From: a virus
Lineage: Duplodnaviria; Caudoviricetes
Strand: one strand, 5' to 3'
Virus record (IMG/VR): IMGVR_UViG_3300023293_000082
Location: 1 to 26,163 of that record
DNA: 26,163 nt
Shown: one piece after another, positions 5,638 through 13,459 of the stretch
Numbering within the stretch: the first letter of the stretch is position 1
How the letters are laid out: every line of letters begins with the position of its first letter
Notes under the pieces: model-generated
What the model saw: the letters and a program-made list of their open reading frames with translations, nothing else
Database searches by the model: none
What the model was told of the DNA's origin: nothing
Position numbers and translations under genes: made by a program

Positions 5638-5796
5638 ATGTGCAAAGCTTACGTAAACAATAAATGCGACTGTAAAAACGGAACATGCTTTCTTTACGAA
5701 TCGATTCAAGAGCCAACACCGAAGCGAATTGAACTAGATCAGCGTCCAAGTAATCGGTTCCCAAAATTATTTATTAACCAAAACAAAACAACATGA
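5638..5796 (+). CDS. 52-aa peptide with four N-terminal Cys (MCKAYVNNKCDCKNGTCFLYE...)
   Basis: Translated by hand; A-rich leader; ATGA overlap with the next gene. Confidence 0.6.
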   Translation: MCKAYVNNKCDCKNGTCFLYESIQEPTPKRIELDQRPSNRFPKLFINQNKTT

Positions 5797-6020
5797 CACT
5801 CAAACAAATAGCACTGCAAGCATTCAACGACATGCCTGACGACTTTTTTTCATCTATGCTAGTTGGACAAGCAAAGAAGATCGACATGAATAGACGCTAC
5901 TCATTCGCGGACACATTCATGAGGAAGGTTAGGCAGCTTAGGCAGGACGGGGTGATCAATTACAGAGTGACTGATTACAAAGAAGGACTTTATCAAAAAC
6001 TAAACGTAACGATATTATGA
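5793..6020 (+). CDS. Hypothetical protein, possibly winged-helix
   Basis: 75 aa; TFMRKVRQLRQDGVINY resembles a recognition helix and wing. Confidence 0.65.
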   Translation: MTLKQIALQAFNDMPDDFFSSMLVGQAKKIDMNRRYSFADTFMRKVRQLRQDGVINYRVTDYKEGLYQKLNVTIL

Positions 6021-6439
6021 ATTTAAAAGAAGCGATAGCCGAAATTGAAAAGCGGTATAAGAGGGGGGATGTGATTTCGTGCCTAACCAATCGCGAAAGT
6101 CAAACTATGTATACGAATTTTCGAGACATAGAGGCTTTAGATACATCTGATGATATAGTGTGGATGAAAAATGGCAATGGGCTTGGCATAATCATTTACA
6201 ATAAAAAATGGGCAGAACCAATCCGAGAAAAGAAAAGCCTTTGGGGCTTCTTCGAGTCGGTGAAAGATCAGTACCCGTATCTAGCGCACGATTATTTAAA
6301 GGAGTGCAGTGATGTTCCCTATATGAATACGGACACGGGGGGGATGTTAGTGTGTTTTCATTGGAATAGTTCACCTCAAGGGTATGAGTATTGGGACAAC
6401 ATTAACAGATTATATCTAGCCTACTTTAAAGAAGATTGA
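6017..6439 (+). CDS. Hypothetical phage protein
   Basis: 140 aa; ATGA coupling; C-terminal FHWNSSPQGYEYW motif. Confidence 0.75.
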   Translation: MNLKEAIAEIEKRYKRGDVISCLTNRESQTMYTNFRDIEALDTSDDIVWMKNGNGLGIIIYNKKWAEPIREKKSLWGFFESVKDQYPYLAHDYLKECSDVPYMNTDTGGMLVCFHWNSSPQGYEYWDNINRLYLAYFKED

Positions 6440-6440
6440 A

Positions 6441-6448
6441 TATATTTG
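6441..6448 (+). promoter_or_regulatory. Bacteroidota -7 promoter box
   Basis: TATATTTG directly before the structured element. Confidence 0.6.
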
Positions 6449-6450
6449 TG

Positions 6451-6596
6451 TAACCGTACCCGATTGGCTTCCCGTCATATTGGCTAACGGGTCATAAAAC
6501 TACTCTCCGCCACGCAACCCCATTTATCAGCGTCACGGAGTTGTAACGAAGCCACCCAAAGCAAAGCGGAAAGACGCTATCTAGGGTGGTTTTTTT
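6451..6596 (+). ncRNA. Candidate structured small RNA ending in an intrinsic terminator
   Basis: GC-rich, no convincing ORF, three consecutive stems (ACCCG/CGGGT, CTCCG/CGGAG, GCCACCC/GGGTGGT + T-run). Confidence 0.55.
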
Positions 6597-6690
6597 ACCG
6601 CATGTATAATAATACTACCACTCGTGTAAATCAACACAACCAATGTCAGGTGTTTGCGTATATTTAAATATACAAAACGATAAAACTATG
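6597..6690 (+). repeat. 94-bp promoter/leader repeat, copy A
   Basis: Ungapped match (about 69/94 by hand) to the reverse complement of 18194-18287. Confidence 0.85.
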
Positions 6691-6906
6691 ACAACTTCAG
6701 AGATTAACAACGAAAGAAACGAAAAAGGTGTATACTCAGACGGCAATGATGTTGCTGGCTGGTTTGCAATCTCAAGGGATAACATAAACTTAATTACATA
6801 CTATGAGGATAAATATACCTTTTCTCAGAAAGAAGATGTAATCAGGAGATATACAGATAGAGGGTTTGCAATAAGGATAACTCAGCTTCAAAACAGAGGG
6901 TACTAA
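6688..6906 (+). CDS. 72-aa hypothetical protein (moron)
   Basis: ATG at the end of the repeated leader; own terminator. Confidence 0.75.
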   Translation: MTTSEINNERNEKGVYSDGNDVAGWFAISRDNINLITYYEDKYTFSQKEDVIRRYTDRGFAIRITQLQNRGY

Positions 6907-6965
6907 AATGATAAATCCACACCAATTTACAACTAATTGATAAAGAAATTACTTTTTGATCACAT

Positions 6966-6997
6966 GAAGCCCCCCTTTAAATAGGGTGGTTTTTTTT
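6966..6997 (+). terminator. Intrinsic terminator
   Basis: AAGCCCCCCT/AGGGTGGTT stem plus T-run. Confidence 0.7.
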
Positions 6998-7023
6998 ATG
7001 GCTATTCTTTTGTAAATTTGATT

Positions 7024-7299
7024 ATGAATGAAGATAAAGTTTTACAAAGATTTATGAAGGAACACTTTCCTTTTCGTGAACTAAAAGACGCGGGCTTCTT
7101 TACGCAAGAAATGAAAGGCGATTACCAATCGCAATCCGAAAGGGCACGCAAGTACTTTGGATATAAGACGGTGTACGAGTACGGGGCTAAAGAAGTGTCT
7201 TGTCATCTTTCTTTTGAAAAGGAGGAGGATAGATTATCGCTAACAAAAGATGGTGTTCACTCAGAACCATTCACCACTGTTACTTTAAGCATTTACTAA
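7024..7299 (+). CDS. Hypothetical protein
   Basis: 91 aa from ATG 7024; TAAATTTG box at 7013-7020. Confidence 0.7.
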   Translation: MNEDKVLQRFMKEHFPFRELKDAGFFTQEMKGDYQSQSERARKYFGYKTVYEYGAKEVSCHLSFEKEEDRLSLTKDGVHSEPFTTVTLSIY

Positions 7300-7334
7300 C
7301 AAAGTTTGATTTAATTAATTAATCTATATTAATT

Positions 7335-7616
7335 ATGGATGCAAGAAAAAACAACGGAGGACACAGCACTAAAGGCAAAGCGGGAAGACCTCCAAAAGCA
7401 GACGAAATAAAGCTAATCGAAACGATGGACGCGATAGCTGTACCCGTAACGGTATGGGCTGCGCTTTGGGATAAGTGCAGCGAGGGCGATGTACAAGCAT
7501 TGAAAGCATGGCTGTCGTATAGATATGGAATGCCGCGCCAACAAGTAGACCACACCACGCAAGGCGACAAGATCACCGCACCACCTATTCAGTGGATCGA
7601 TGCAGATACTGAATAG
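7335..7616 (+). CDS. terS: Terminase small subunit (putative)
   Basis: GGHS...AGRPPK N-terminus, GDVQALK, YGMPRQQVDHTTQGDKI; overlaps terL. Confidence 0.75.
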   Translation: MDARKNNGGHSTKGKAGRPPKADEIKLIETMDAIAVPVTVWAALWDKCSEGDVQALKAWLSYRYGMPRQQVDHTTQGDKITAPPIQWIDADTE

Positions 7617-8886
7617 CTACAAGCCGTTATTTGTTAGACCTCCTGAGAATCGATATCAACTTATTACTGGAGGACGTGGTTCTGGTAAGTCGTTTATAGT
7701 ATCGCTCTACTTGCTTAACCTCACCTATGAACCGAATAACATAATACTATTTACGCGTTGGACATTGGTGTCCGCTAACATTTCAATCATACCTGAGTTC
7801 ATTGAAAAGATTGAAATGCTTAACGCGCACTTAGATTTTGAGATAACTCAAAACGAAATAATCAACAAGATTACAGGGTCAAAGATTCTGTTTAAAGGAA
7901 TTAAGACTAGTCAAGGAACGGCCACTGCTAACCTCAAATCTATTGCGGGCGTGACTACATGGGTATTAGACGAAGCTGAAGAACTAGTAGACGAAGATAT
8001 ATTTGATCGTATAGACCTATCTATTAGATCGAAGCTACAACCTAACACGGTAATACTAGTGATGAATCCAAGCTTTAAAACGCACTGGATTTACCAGCGA
8101 TTTGTAAAGGATAAGCGAAACGACACTACCTACATTCACACTACTTACAAAGACAATATTCATAACCTATCCGATTCGTTTGTAGACCAAGCCGAAAGCC
8201 TTAGAATCAACAACCTCCACAGATTCAACCATTTGTTTATGGGTGACTGGGTAGAAGATAGCGAGGGGCTGCTATGGTCTAGGCCAATGATTGACAGGCT
8301 TAGGATAGATCAAAAGCCCGCACTAAACAGAACGGTTGTGGCCATTGACCCGTCAACTACTAATACTGCAACAAGCGATGAAACGGGTATTACAGTTCAA
8401 GCCGTGGACGCTATCGGAAACGGGTACGTCCTCGAAGATTTAAGTGGGCGTTATAGCCCTAACGACTGGGCAAAGGTAGCTGTTGAAGCTGTTAAGAGGC
8501 ATAGCGCAGATTGTATTGTAGCAGAAAAGAACCAAGGCGGGGACATGGTGGAAAGCGTTATAAGGCAATATGACAAGCTAGTTCGTATTAAGCTAGTGAC
8601 GGCAACAAAGGGTAAGTACGTTCGTGCCGAGCCTATCTATTCGCTTTACGAGCAAAGCAAAATATTTCACGTTGGAAGGTTTCCAATATTGGAAGCGCAA
8701 ATGGTTAGCTTTAACCCTGAGAAAACAACGCAATCACCTGACAGGGTAGACGCTTTGGTTTGGGGCTTTACTGACTTATTACTAAACGGACAAGGACAAA
8801 CTAAAAACTCAACACATGGTAAACTTCAAGGTTCAAGGCGAGTCCAGACAAATACTAAGCTTGTGGGAAGACGTATCGGTCGCTAA
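7600..8886 (+). CDS. terL: Terminase large subunit
   Basis: Walker A GGRGSGKS, Walker B WVLDEAEE, MNP coupling motif, nuclease VAIDP...PDRVDA. Confidence 0.96.
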   Translation: MQILNSYKPLFVRPPENRYQLITGGRGSGKSFIVSLYLLNLTYEPNNIILFTRWTLVSANISIIPEFIEKIEMLNAHLDFEITQNEIINKITGSKILFKGIKTSQGTATANLKSIAGVTTWVLDEAEELVDEDIFDRIDLSIRSKLQPNTVILVMNPSFKTHWIYQRFVKDKRNDTTYIHTTYKDNIHNLSDSFVDQAESLRINNLHRFNHLFMGDWVEDSEGLLWSRPMIDRLRIDQKPALNRTVVAIDPSTTNTATSDETGITVQAVDAIGNGYVLEDLSGRYSPNDWAKVAVEAVKRHSADCIVAEKNQGGDMVESVIRQYDKLVRIKLVTATKGKYVRAEPIYSLYEQSKIFHVGRFPILEAQMVSFNPEKTTQSPDRVDALVWGFTDLLLNGQGQTKNSTHGKLQGSRRVQTNTKLVGRRIGR

Positions 8887-9487
8887 GCTGCATACGTTCC
8901 CAGACGCGCCACGTGATCAAATAAAGCATTTCAGCAACCTAACAGACCAAGAGGTGAAAGCATTGAATAGCGACCAGGTATTGGCGTTCATGGCTGTTCT
9001 TGAATTTATGGAAGATGAACCGAAAGGTGCTAAGGTCAAGAAAGATATCAACGTAGCGGGGGAATCGTGGGGTAAGATAGAACGCGCTAAGATGGCTTTG
9101 CAGTCGCGTAATAAGTGGAGTTACTGCGTGGAGTTGTGCGTTATCTATTTCGGTGACAAAGCTTTAACATGGTCTATCGGTTTAATTTATGGCCAGAGTA
9201 TTAACATATTGAATAGCTTATCCGTATTTTTGGAACGGTACAAAGACTTAAACGATAACAAGGGGTATACAGAACAAGAAATTGACGCTGGAGTTAAAGA
9301 CCTTGAATCATTTGGAGTTGGTGCGGTACGGTATTCATTAGCAAGTGGCGACCTAACCAAGTACAGTGACATTGAAGATAAGGACGCTGAAACAGTTTAC
9401 TTTCATTTACTGTATTCTAAAGCGGTCGCGATGTATCAAGATAGATTAAGTGAAATAAAGAAACTAAGCGGAAATGAGCATACATAG
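8816..9487 (+). CDS. Virion morphogenesis protein, possibly tail assembly chaperone
   Basis: 223 aa coupled to both neighbours; function inferred from context. Confidence 0.5.
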   Translation: MVNFKVQGESRQILSLWEDVSVAKLHTFPDAPRDQIKHFSNLTDQEVKALNSDQVLAFMAVLEFMEDEPKGAKVKKDINVAGESWGKIERAKMALQSRNKWSYCVELCVIYFGDKALTWSIGLIYGQSINILNSLSVFLERYKDLNDNKGYTEQEIDAGVKDLESFGVGAVRYSLASGDLTKYSDIEDKDAETVYFHLLYSKAVAMYQDRLSEIKKLSGNEHT

Positions 9488-9923
9488 CACGATAGTAAAT
9501 CTAATCAGAACCAAGGCCGAGGCGGTTAATACTCTTGGCCAGTTCATTTATGGAGACGACATTTTCCAGACAATCAATTACCCGAACGAGAGCGAACAAG
9601 CCACGACCGCAAAGCCGTTGATAAGCTTGTTACCGTTTACCTATGTTCTACGAACGGGTGAATCTAGCAACTATAACAGTGGCACGCTCAACATGCTATT
9701 CACTAGGTCAGCAGATCCAACCGATACAGCGGTAAGGCACGAGGCGATAGTTAACGAAATGAGCACTTTGGCCGAAGCTTTTATTACGGAGATGAACGAC
9801 ACACCAAGCCCTGTTAACTATGTTATTAGTGATGTATCGTTTGAAGGGCAAAAGCAGATATACATGGGAACGGTAAGCGGTTGCATCGTATCATTTACAA
9901 TCAACGTCCAAAAAGTTTGCTAA
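9474..9923 (+). CDS. Putative tail terminator/completion protein
   Basis: 149 aa; size and C-terminal GCIVSFTINV strand typical of this class. Confidence 0.55.
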   Translation: MSIHSTIVNLIRTKAEAVNTLGQFIYGDDIFQTINYPNESEQATTAKPLISLLPFTYVLRTGESSNYNSGTLNMLFTRSADPTDTAVRHEAIVNEMSTLAEAFITEMNDTPSPVNYVISDVSFEGQKQIYMGTVSGCIVSFTINVQKVC

Positions 9924-10397
9924 ATGCTATCCACTGAAATCATAGTGAAAGCATTTGCTGAGGGTGTTATCAAAGGTATTCAAGATAATATCAAGAATAA
10001 GCAAGTGACTAGTTACGGGTCTATGAACGCAAGCGGTAAGATGGCCGATAGTCTAGGGTATTCGTATGATGGCAAAACGCTGAAGATATTCTCTAGTGAG
10101 AAGTACTTTACTGTATTGGAAACAGGTCGCAAGGCGGGTAAAGCACCACCATCAAGCGTCATTGAAGAGTGGATAGATAGCAAGCCCGTACCGCTGCAAG
10201 GAATCACAAAGAAGTCACTAGCGTATTTGATAGCGCGTAAGATAGGCAAAGAAGGTTCGTTACTATATCGCAAGGGTGGTAAGTCAGGCGTAATTAGCGA
10301 CTACACTAACGCTGCATACATCAAAGCTAATCTAACAGACAAGCTATTTCAAGCGGTGGTGACATCGGTCACAAATGAATTTCTAAAGGTAGCGTAA
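9924..10397 (+). CDS. Putative neck/tail completion protein
   Basis: ASGKMADSL, GRKAGKAPP, IEEWI, LAYLIARKIGKEG motifs. Confidence 0.65.
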   Translation: MLSTEIIVKAFAEGVIKGIQDNIKNKQVTSYGSMNASGKMADSLGYSYDGKTLKIFSSEKYFTVLETGRKAGKAPPSSVIEEWIDSKPVPLQGITKKSLAYLIARKIGKEGSLLYRKGGKSGVISDYTNAAYIKANLTDKLFQAVVTSVTNEFLKVA

Positions 10398-10420
10398 CCT
10401 TTCGCGATGGTTTACGTAAA
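10396..10420 (+). promoter_or_regulatory. ECF-sigma-type promoter motif (copy 3)
   Basis: AAC-N16-CGTAAA upstream of ATG 10446. Confidence 0.55.
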
Positions 10421-10445
10421 TTGAAGAGACAAAACTAAAATAGCT

Positions 10446-10673
10446 ATGGGGAATTTAATTAAAGATTATATTATTTACTACCGCGAAATTCTATGGTTTT
10501 TAGCCGTAGTGATATTGTCTCTTTTTTTATTGGGCGTTATTCTTGAAATAGATACTAATCGAAAAGAAAAGAACGCAATCGAGCAAACAGGCAATTCTGA
10601 TGTAATAATTAAAATGGTCAACGGAAAAGAATATTTTTACGACTGGAAAAACAAAGTATATTTAAACAAATAA
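10446..10673 (+). CDS. Small membrane protein (moron)
   Basis: One transmembrane segment; AT-rich relative to flanking tail genes; own promoter motif. Confidence 0.7.
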   Translation: MGNLIKDYIIYYREILWFLAVVILSLFLLGVILEIDTNRKEKNAIEQTGNSDVIIKMVNGKEYFYDWKNKVYLNK

Positions 10674-10674
10674 C

Positions 10675-11577
10675 ATGGCATCACTTAACGTAACCAATGA
10701 CGCGCCCGCCATCACTAGCGTATTTCAACCGATAACCATCAGCTATGCGTGGGCGTTACCGCTATGCACCGTATACGATTCAAGCGGTAAGCTAGGCATT
10801 ACCGTTGATGATTCGTTTGCAAACGAGGTCACAGTCGGTAGCTATGTGCAGATATTAAACGGCTCATACCGTGGCAGCTACAAGGTGACGCAGCTAGTGG
10901 CTACTAGCACGCTGGGCATTACATTGGACACACCGTTCAACGGCTTAGACAGCCTTTCAAATCGTTTTAATCCCGATAAGAAACAAAGCTTTGAATTATT
11001 TGGCGGTTACAAAACGGGCGCGGGTTCGGGCGTAAAGCCTTATAAAAAGATAGCAGACATATCGGTTAGCATTAATCCAACTACATTACGCTTTGACGTT
11101 GATCTAGCTAAATACCTACGTAGCTACTTTAGAATCGATTCGCCAACGGTGGGAAAGGACTACAGCCTTAGCCTTGCGTGGGAACTGTTTCGAGTAGGGG
11201 ACAGCGTGCCAACAGCTAGTACGACCTCGTGGGCATTAGCCGAACAAAGCGCACCTCATTCTGTTGATGGGAATATTAGAATCAAGAAGAACGGGACGGA
11301 TGCGGTTCTTGAATTTAGTTCGGGTACTGGAACATTTGCGGGAACAAGTGGAGATTCGATACAGGCCTATGCGTTCTCTCTAAGTGCTGACTTAGATTCA
11401 ACTAAAGACAACGCCATTAGATTGACTGTCACGGATGATCTAACAGCTACGATTTACCAAGAAGTCAAAGTGATTACGGACTATTCTCCAACGGTTGTTG
11501 GTGAAATTCTTTATACCTTTACCATACTACCAAGCCGCTCGTATACCGTTACAGTAGAATCGGCTTCAAGTTTTTAA
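10675..11577 (+). CDS. Putative minor tail/structural protein
   Basis: 300 aa, Ser/Thr/Gly/Val-rich, within the tail block. Confidence 0.6.
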   Translation: MASLNVTNDAPAITSVFQPITISYAWALPLCTVYDSSGKLGITVDDSFANEVTVGSYVQILNGSYRGSYKVTQLVATSTLGITLDTPFNGLDSLSNRFNPDKKQSFELFGGYKTGAGSGVKPYKKIADISVSINPTTLRFDVDLAKYLRSYFRIDSPTVGKDYSLSLAWELFRVGDSVPTASTTSWALAEQSAPHSVDGNIRIKKNGTDAVLEFSSGTGTFAGTSGDSIQAYAFSLSADLDSTKDNAIRLTVTDDLTATIYQEVKVITDYSPTVVGEILYTFTILPSRSYTVTVESASSF

Positions 11578-11598
11578 ACAACTAAATAAAACTGAATT

Positions 11599-11832
11599 AT
11601 GAAAAAAGCAGAAGAAATATTAAAAGATATGCCAAGCATTAAGCAAGGACTTGATGATTTTTACGGAAAGCAAACGGTGCTTAATGCGTTAAATTTAGCA
11701 CTAAACCAAGGGCAAACATTACCTGTAGATGGATGTTGTTCCGAGGTCAGCAATAAAGAGATAGACAAAACTTACGGGCATAAGTCATTTATAGAAGGCG
11801 GGCTTACAGGGGATAAGCTTTTAAAGAAGTAA
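11599..11832 (+). CDS. Small hypothetical protein (moron-like)
   Basis: 77 aa with A-rich leader, between structural genes. Confidence 0.65.
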   Translation: MKKAEEILKDMPSIKQGLDDFYGKQTVLNALNLALNQGQTLPVDGCCSEVSNKEIDKTYGHKSFIEGGLTGDKLLKK

Positions 11833-11841
11833 ATACAAGAT

Positions 11842-12771
11842 ATGAAATACTCATTCTATTCAACCGTCACAATCGACCAGCAACTAGTAGGAAGCAACAC
11901 GCCACTAGGTGACTTACCTATCACCTTCATCAACGCAGGCAGTGGCGGTAATATACCAACGCTGTTTAGTCTGATTGAAGATTCTGAAACGGTTGTAGAG
12001 AATGTGATCACTGGAGTTGATAGCATATCGAGTTCCTCCGATACCGTTTCGGCCTCATTAATTAGCGGCCAAAAGTTAACGGTCGTATTGATTAGGGCAG
12101 CTGGGAACTGGGGGACGGTTACATTGAACCCTAGTACATTGGCGTTTATTACGATAGTAAGCACTGTTACTAACGTGCTGACATTACAGATTGATACGAA
12201 TATAGTCGGTGTAAGCGGGGACTACTTGTCAGACGACTACAACAAAGAAGACTATTTGACAAGCGGTATTAATCAATACGTTGGATGTTACGATATTGAA
12301 GTCTTAAACGATGCGGCTGCCGAAGTAGCTTTGACCGTATGTATTTACCCAGCTTCGCAGATTCGTAAGATATGCGTAGCGGATGCGCTTAACTTTGCGT
12401 GGATAAACAATAGAGAGGGGGGCTTTAATAGCTACGCTTTAGAATGTAAATATATCAAAGGTCGCAACCATGGAAGACAAAGCACGTATTTAACAGCGGA
12501 CAAAGTTTTACGAAAAAGCCAAATAGATGATGTGTACGATGGTTATGAAGTTGCCAGTAATAGCCTTAGTAAAATTGAGCTCGATTTACTACAGGCTCTC
12601 ATATCAAGCGTGCAATGTTTTCTTTATAATACTGCGACCTTAGCATGGGATATACCTATCATTTTAGACGTTAATAGTTTTAAAACTTACGGAAACCGAT
12701 TCAATCAAGCTCAGAATAAAATAGCATTTAGTTTTAGGTTAGCCGAACAAGTAGAAATTCAAACGCAATAA
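11842..12771 (+). CDS. Putative minor tail protein
   Basis: C-terminal FAWINNREGGFNSY...LISSVQCFLY...FSFRLA resembles Bacteroidota phage tail proteins. Confidence 0.65.
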   Translation: MKYSFYSTVTIDQQLVGSNTPLGDLPITFINAGSGGNIPTLFSLIEDSETVVENVITGVDSISSSSDTVSASLISGQKLTVVLIRAAGNWGTVTLNPSTLAFITIVSTVTNVLTLQIDTNIVGVSGDYLSDDYNKEDYLTSGINQYVGCYDIEVLNDAAAEVALTVCIYPASQIRKICVADALNFAWINNREGGFNSYALECKYIKGRNHGRQSTYLTADKVLRKSQIDDVYDGYEVASNSLSKIELDLLQALISSVQCFLYNTATLAWDIPIILDVNSFKTYGNRFNQAQNKIAFSFRLAEQVEIQTQ

Positions 12772-12776
12772 ACGAC

Positions 12777-13271
12777 ATGAGCAAAGAACAAAAAGAAGCA
12801 TACATAGAACGTACTAAGCAAATATGTGAACCAACAGAAAATATGGAAGACATACTTTCTTACTTAGCATTTAAAGGGCTTACTTCAGAGACTAGGTATG
12901 TCCACATGGATTCAATAGATCAAAACGATGCTATCATTTGCGAAACAAAATACTATCGAAACGAAGATAATGAGTATATCGTTGCAATTAAATGTGACAT
13001 ATTAGGGGAAGCCTTATGGGTTTGCGACTTAAATGTTAAGATGTATATCGGGTTTGACGAGGATAGAAAAAAACACGTTTTAAGAAACTTATCTCAAAAA
13101 CAGACAAACAAGTTTATTAAAAAAAACAACTTTGAAATACTATTCAACAAAGGTATTTGGCTCTATGACGTTAACGGACAATACGTTGTTAACAGCGACT
13201 TGGAACTAATCAAAGCAGATTTTATGGAATCTTTTGACAAAGACTTATCAGAACATTGTACTAAAGGATAA
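12777..13271 (+). CDS. Hypothetical protein (moron bounded by direct repeats)
   Basis: 164 aa; 20-bp repeats at 12769 and 13269. Confidence 0.7.
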   Translation: MSKEQKEAYIERTKQICEPTENMEDILSYLAFKGLTSETRYVHMDSIDQNDAIICETKYYRNEDNEYIVAIKCDILGEALWVCDLNVKMYIGFDEDRKKHVLRNLSQKQTNKFIKKNNFEILFNKGIWLYDVNGQYVVNSDLELIKADFMESFDKDLSEHCTKG

Positions 13272-13276
13272 TCGAC

Positions 13277-13459
13277 ATGAGCAAAGAAACTAACAACTTA
13301 GTCACAGTTCTAAACGAAACAAAGAACACTTTAACAGAATTTGCTAAGTCTATGAACGAATTGAACGCAAGTGGGAGGGCTATCGTTTTAAATAGGGCTT
13401 TAGCTTGGGATGACCAAGCGCATATCACAATCGAGAACGAATACGGAAAAGATAAATGA
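13277..13459 (+). CDS. Small hypothetical protein
   Basis: 60 aa; ATGA overlap with the next gene. Confidence 0.65.
   Translation: MSKETNNLVTVLNETKNTLTEFAKSMNELNASGRAIVLNRALAWDDQAHITIENEYGKDK

Noticed and set aside
5632-5657. Fifth ECF-type motif AAC-N17-CGTAAA
   Set aside because: Lacks the CTT after AAC and overlaps a coding start
6451-6596. tRNA gene
   Set aside because: No cloverleaf, no GTTC T-loop, too long
6643-6687. Similar N-termini (CVYLNIQNDK) of ORFs 6643 and 18235 as a protein motif
   Set aside because: It is the translated promoter repeat; the likely starts are 6688 and 18196
11698-11745. Possible relic half attC-like site (CCTGTAGATGGATGTTGTT) within the 77-aa gene
   Set aside because: No AAC core or complementary left arm found
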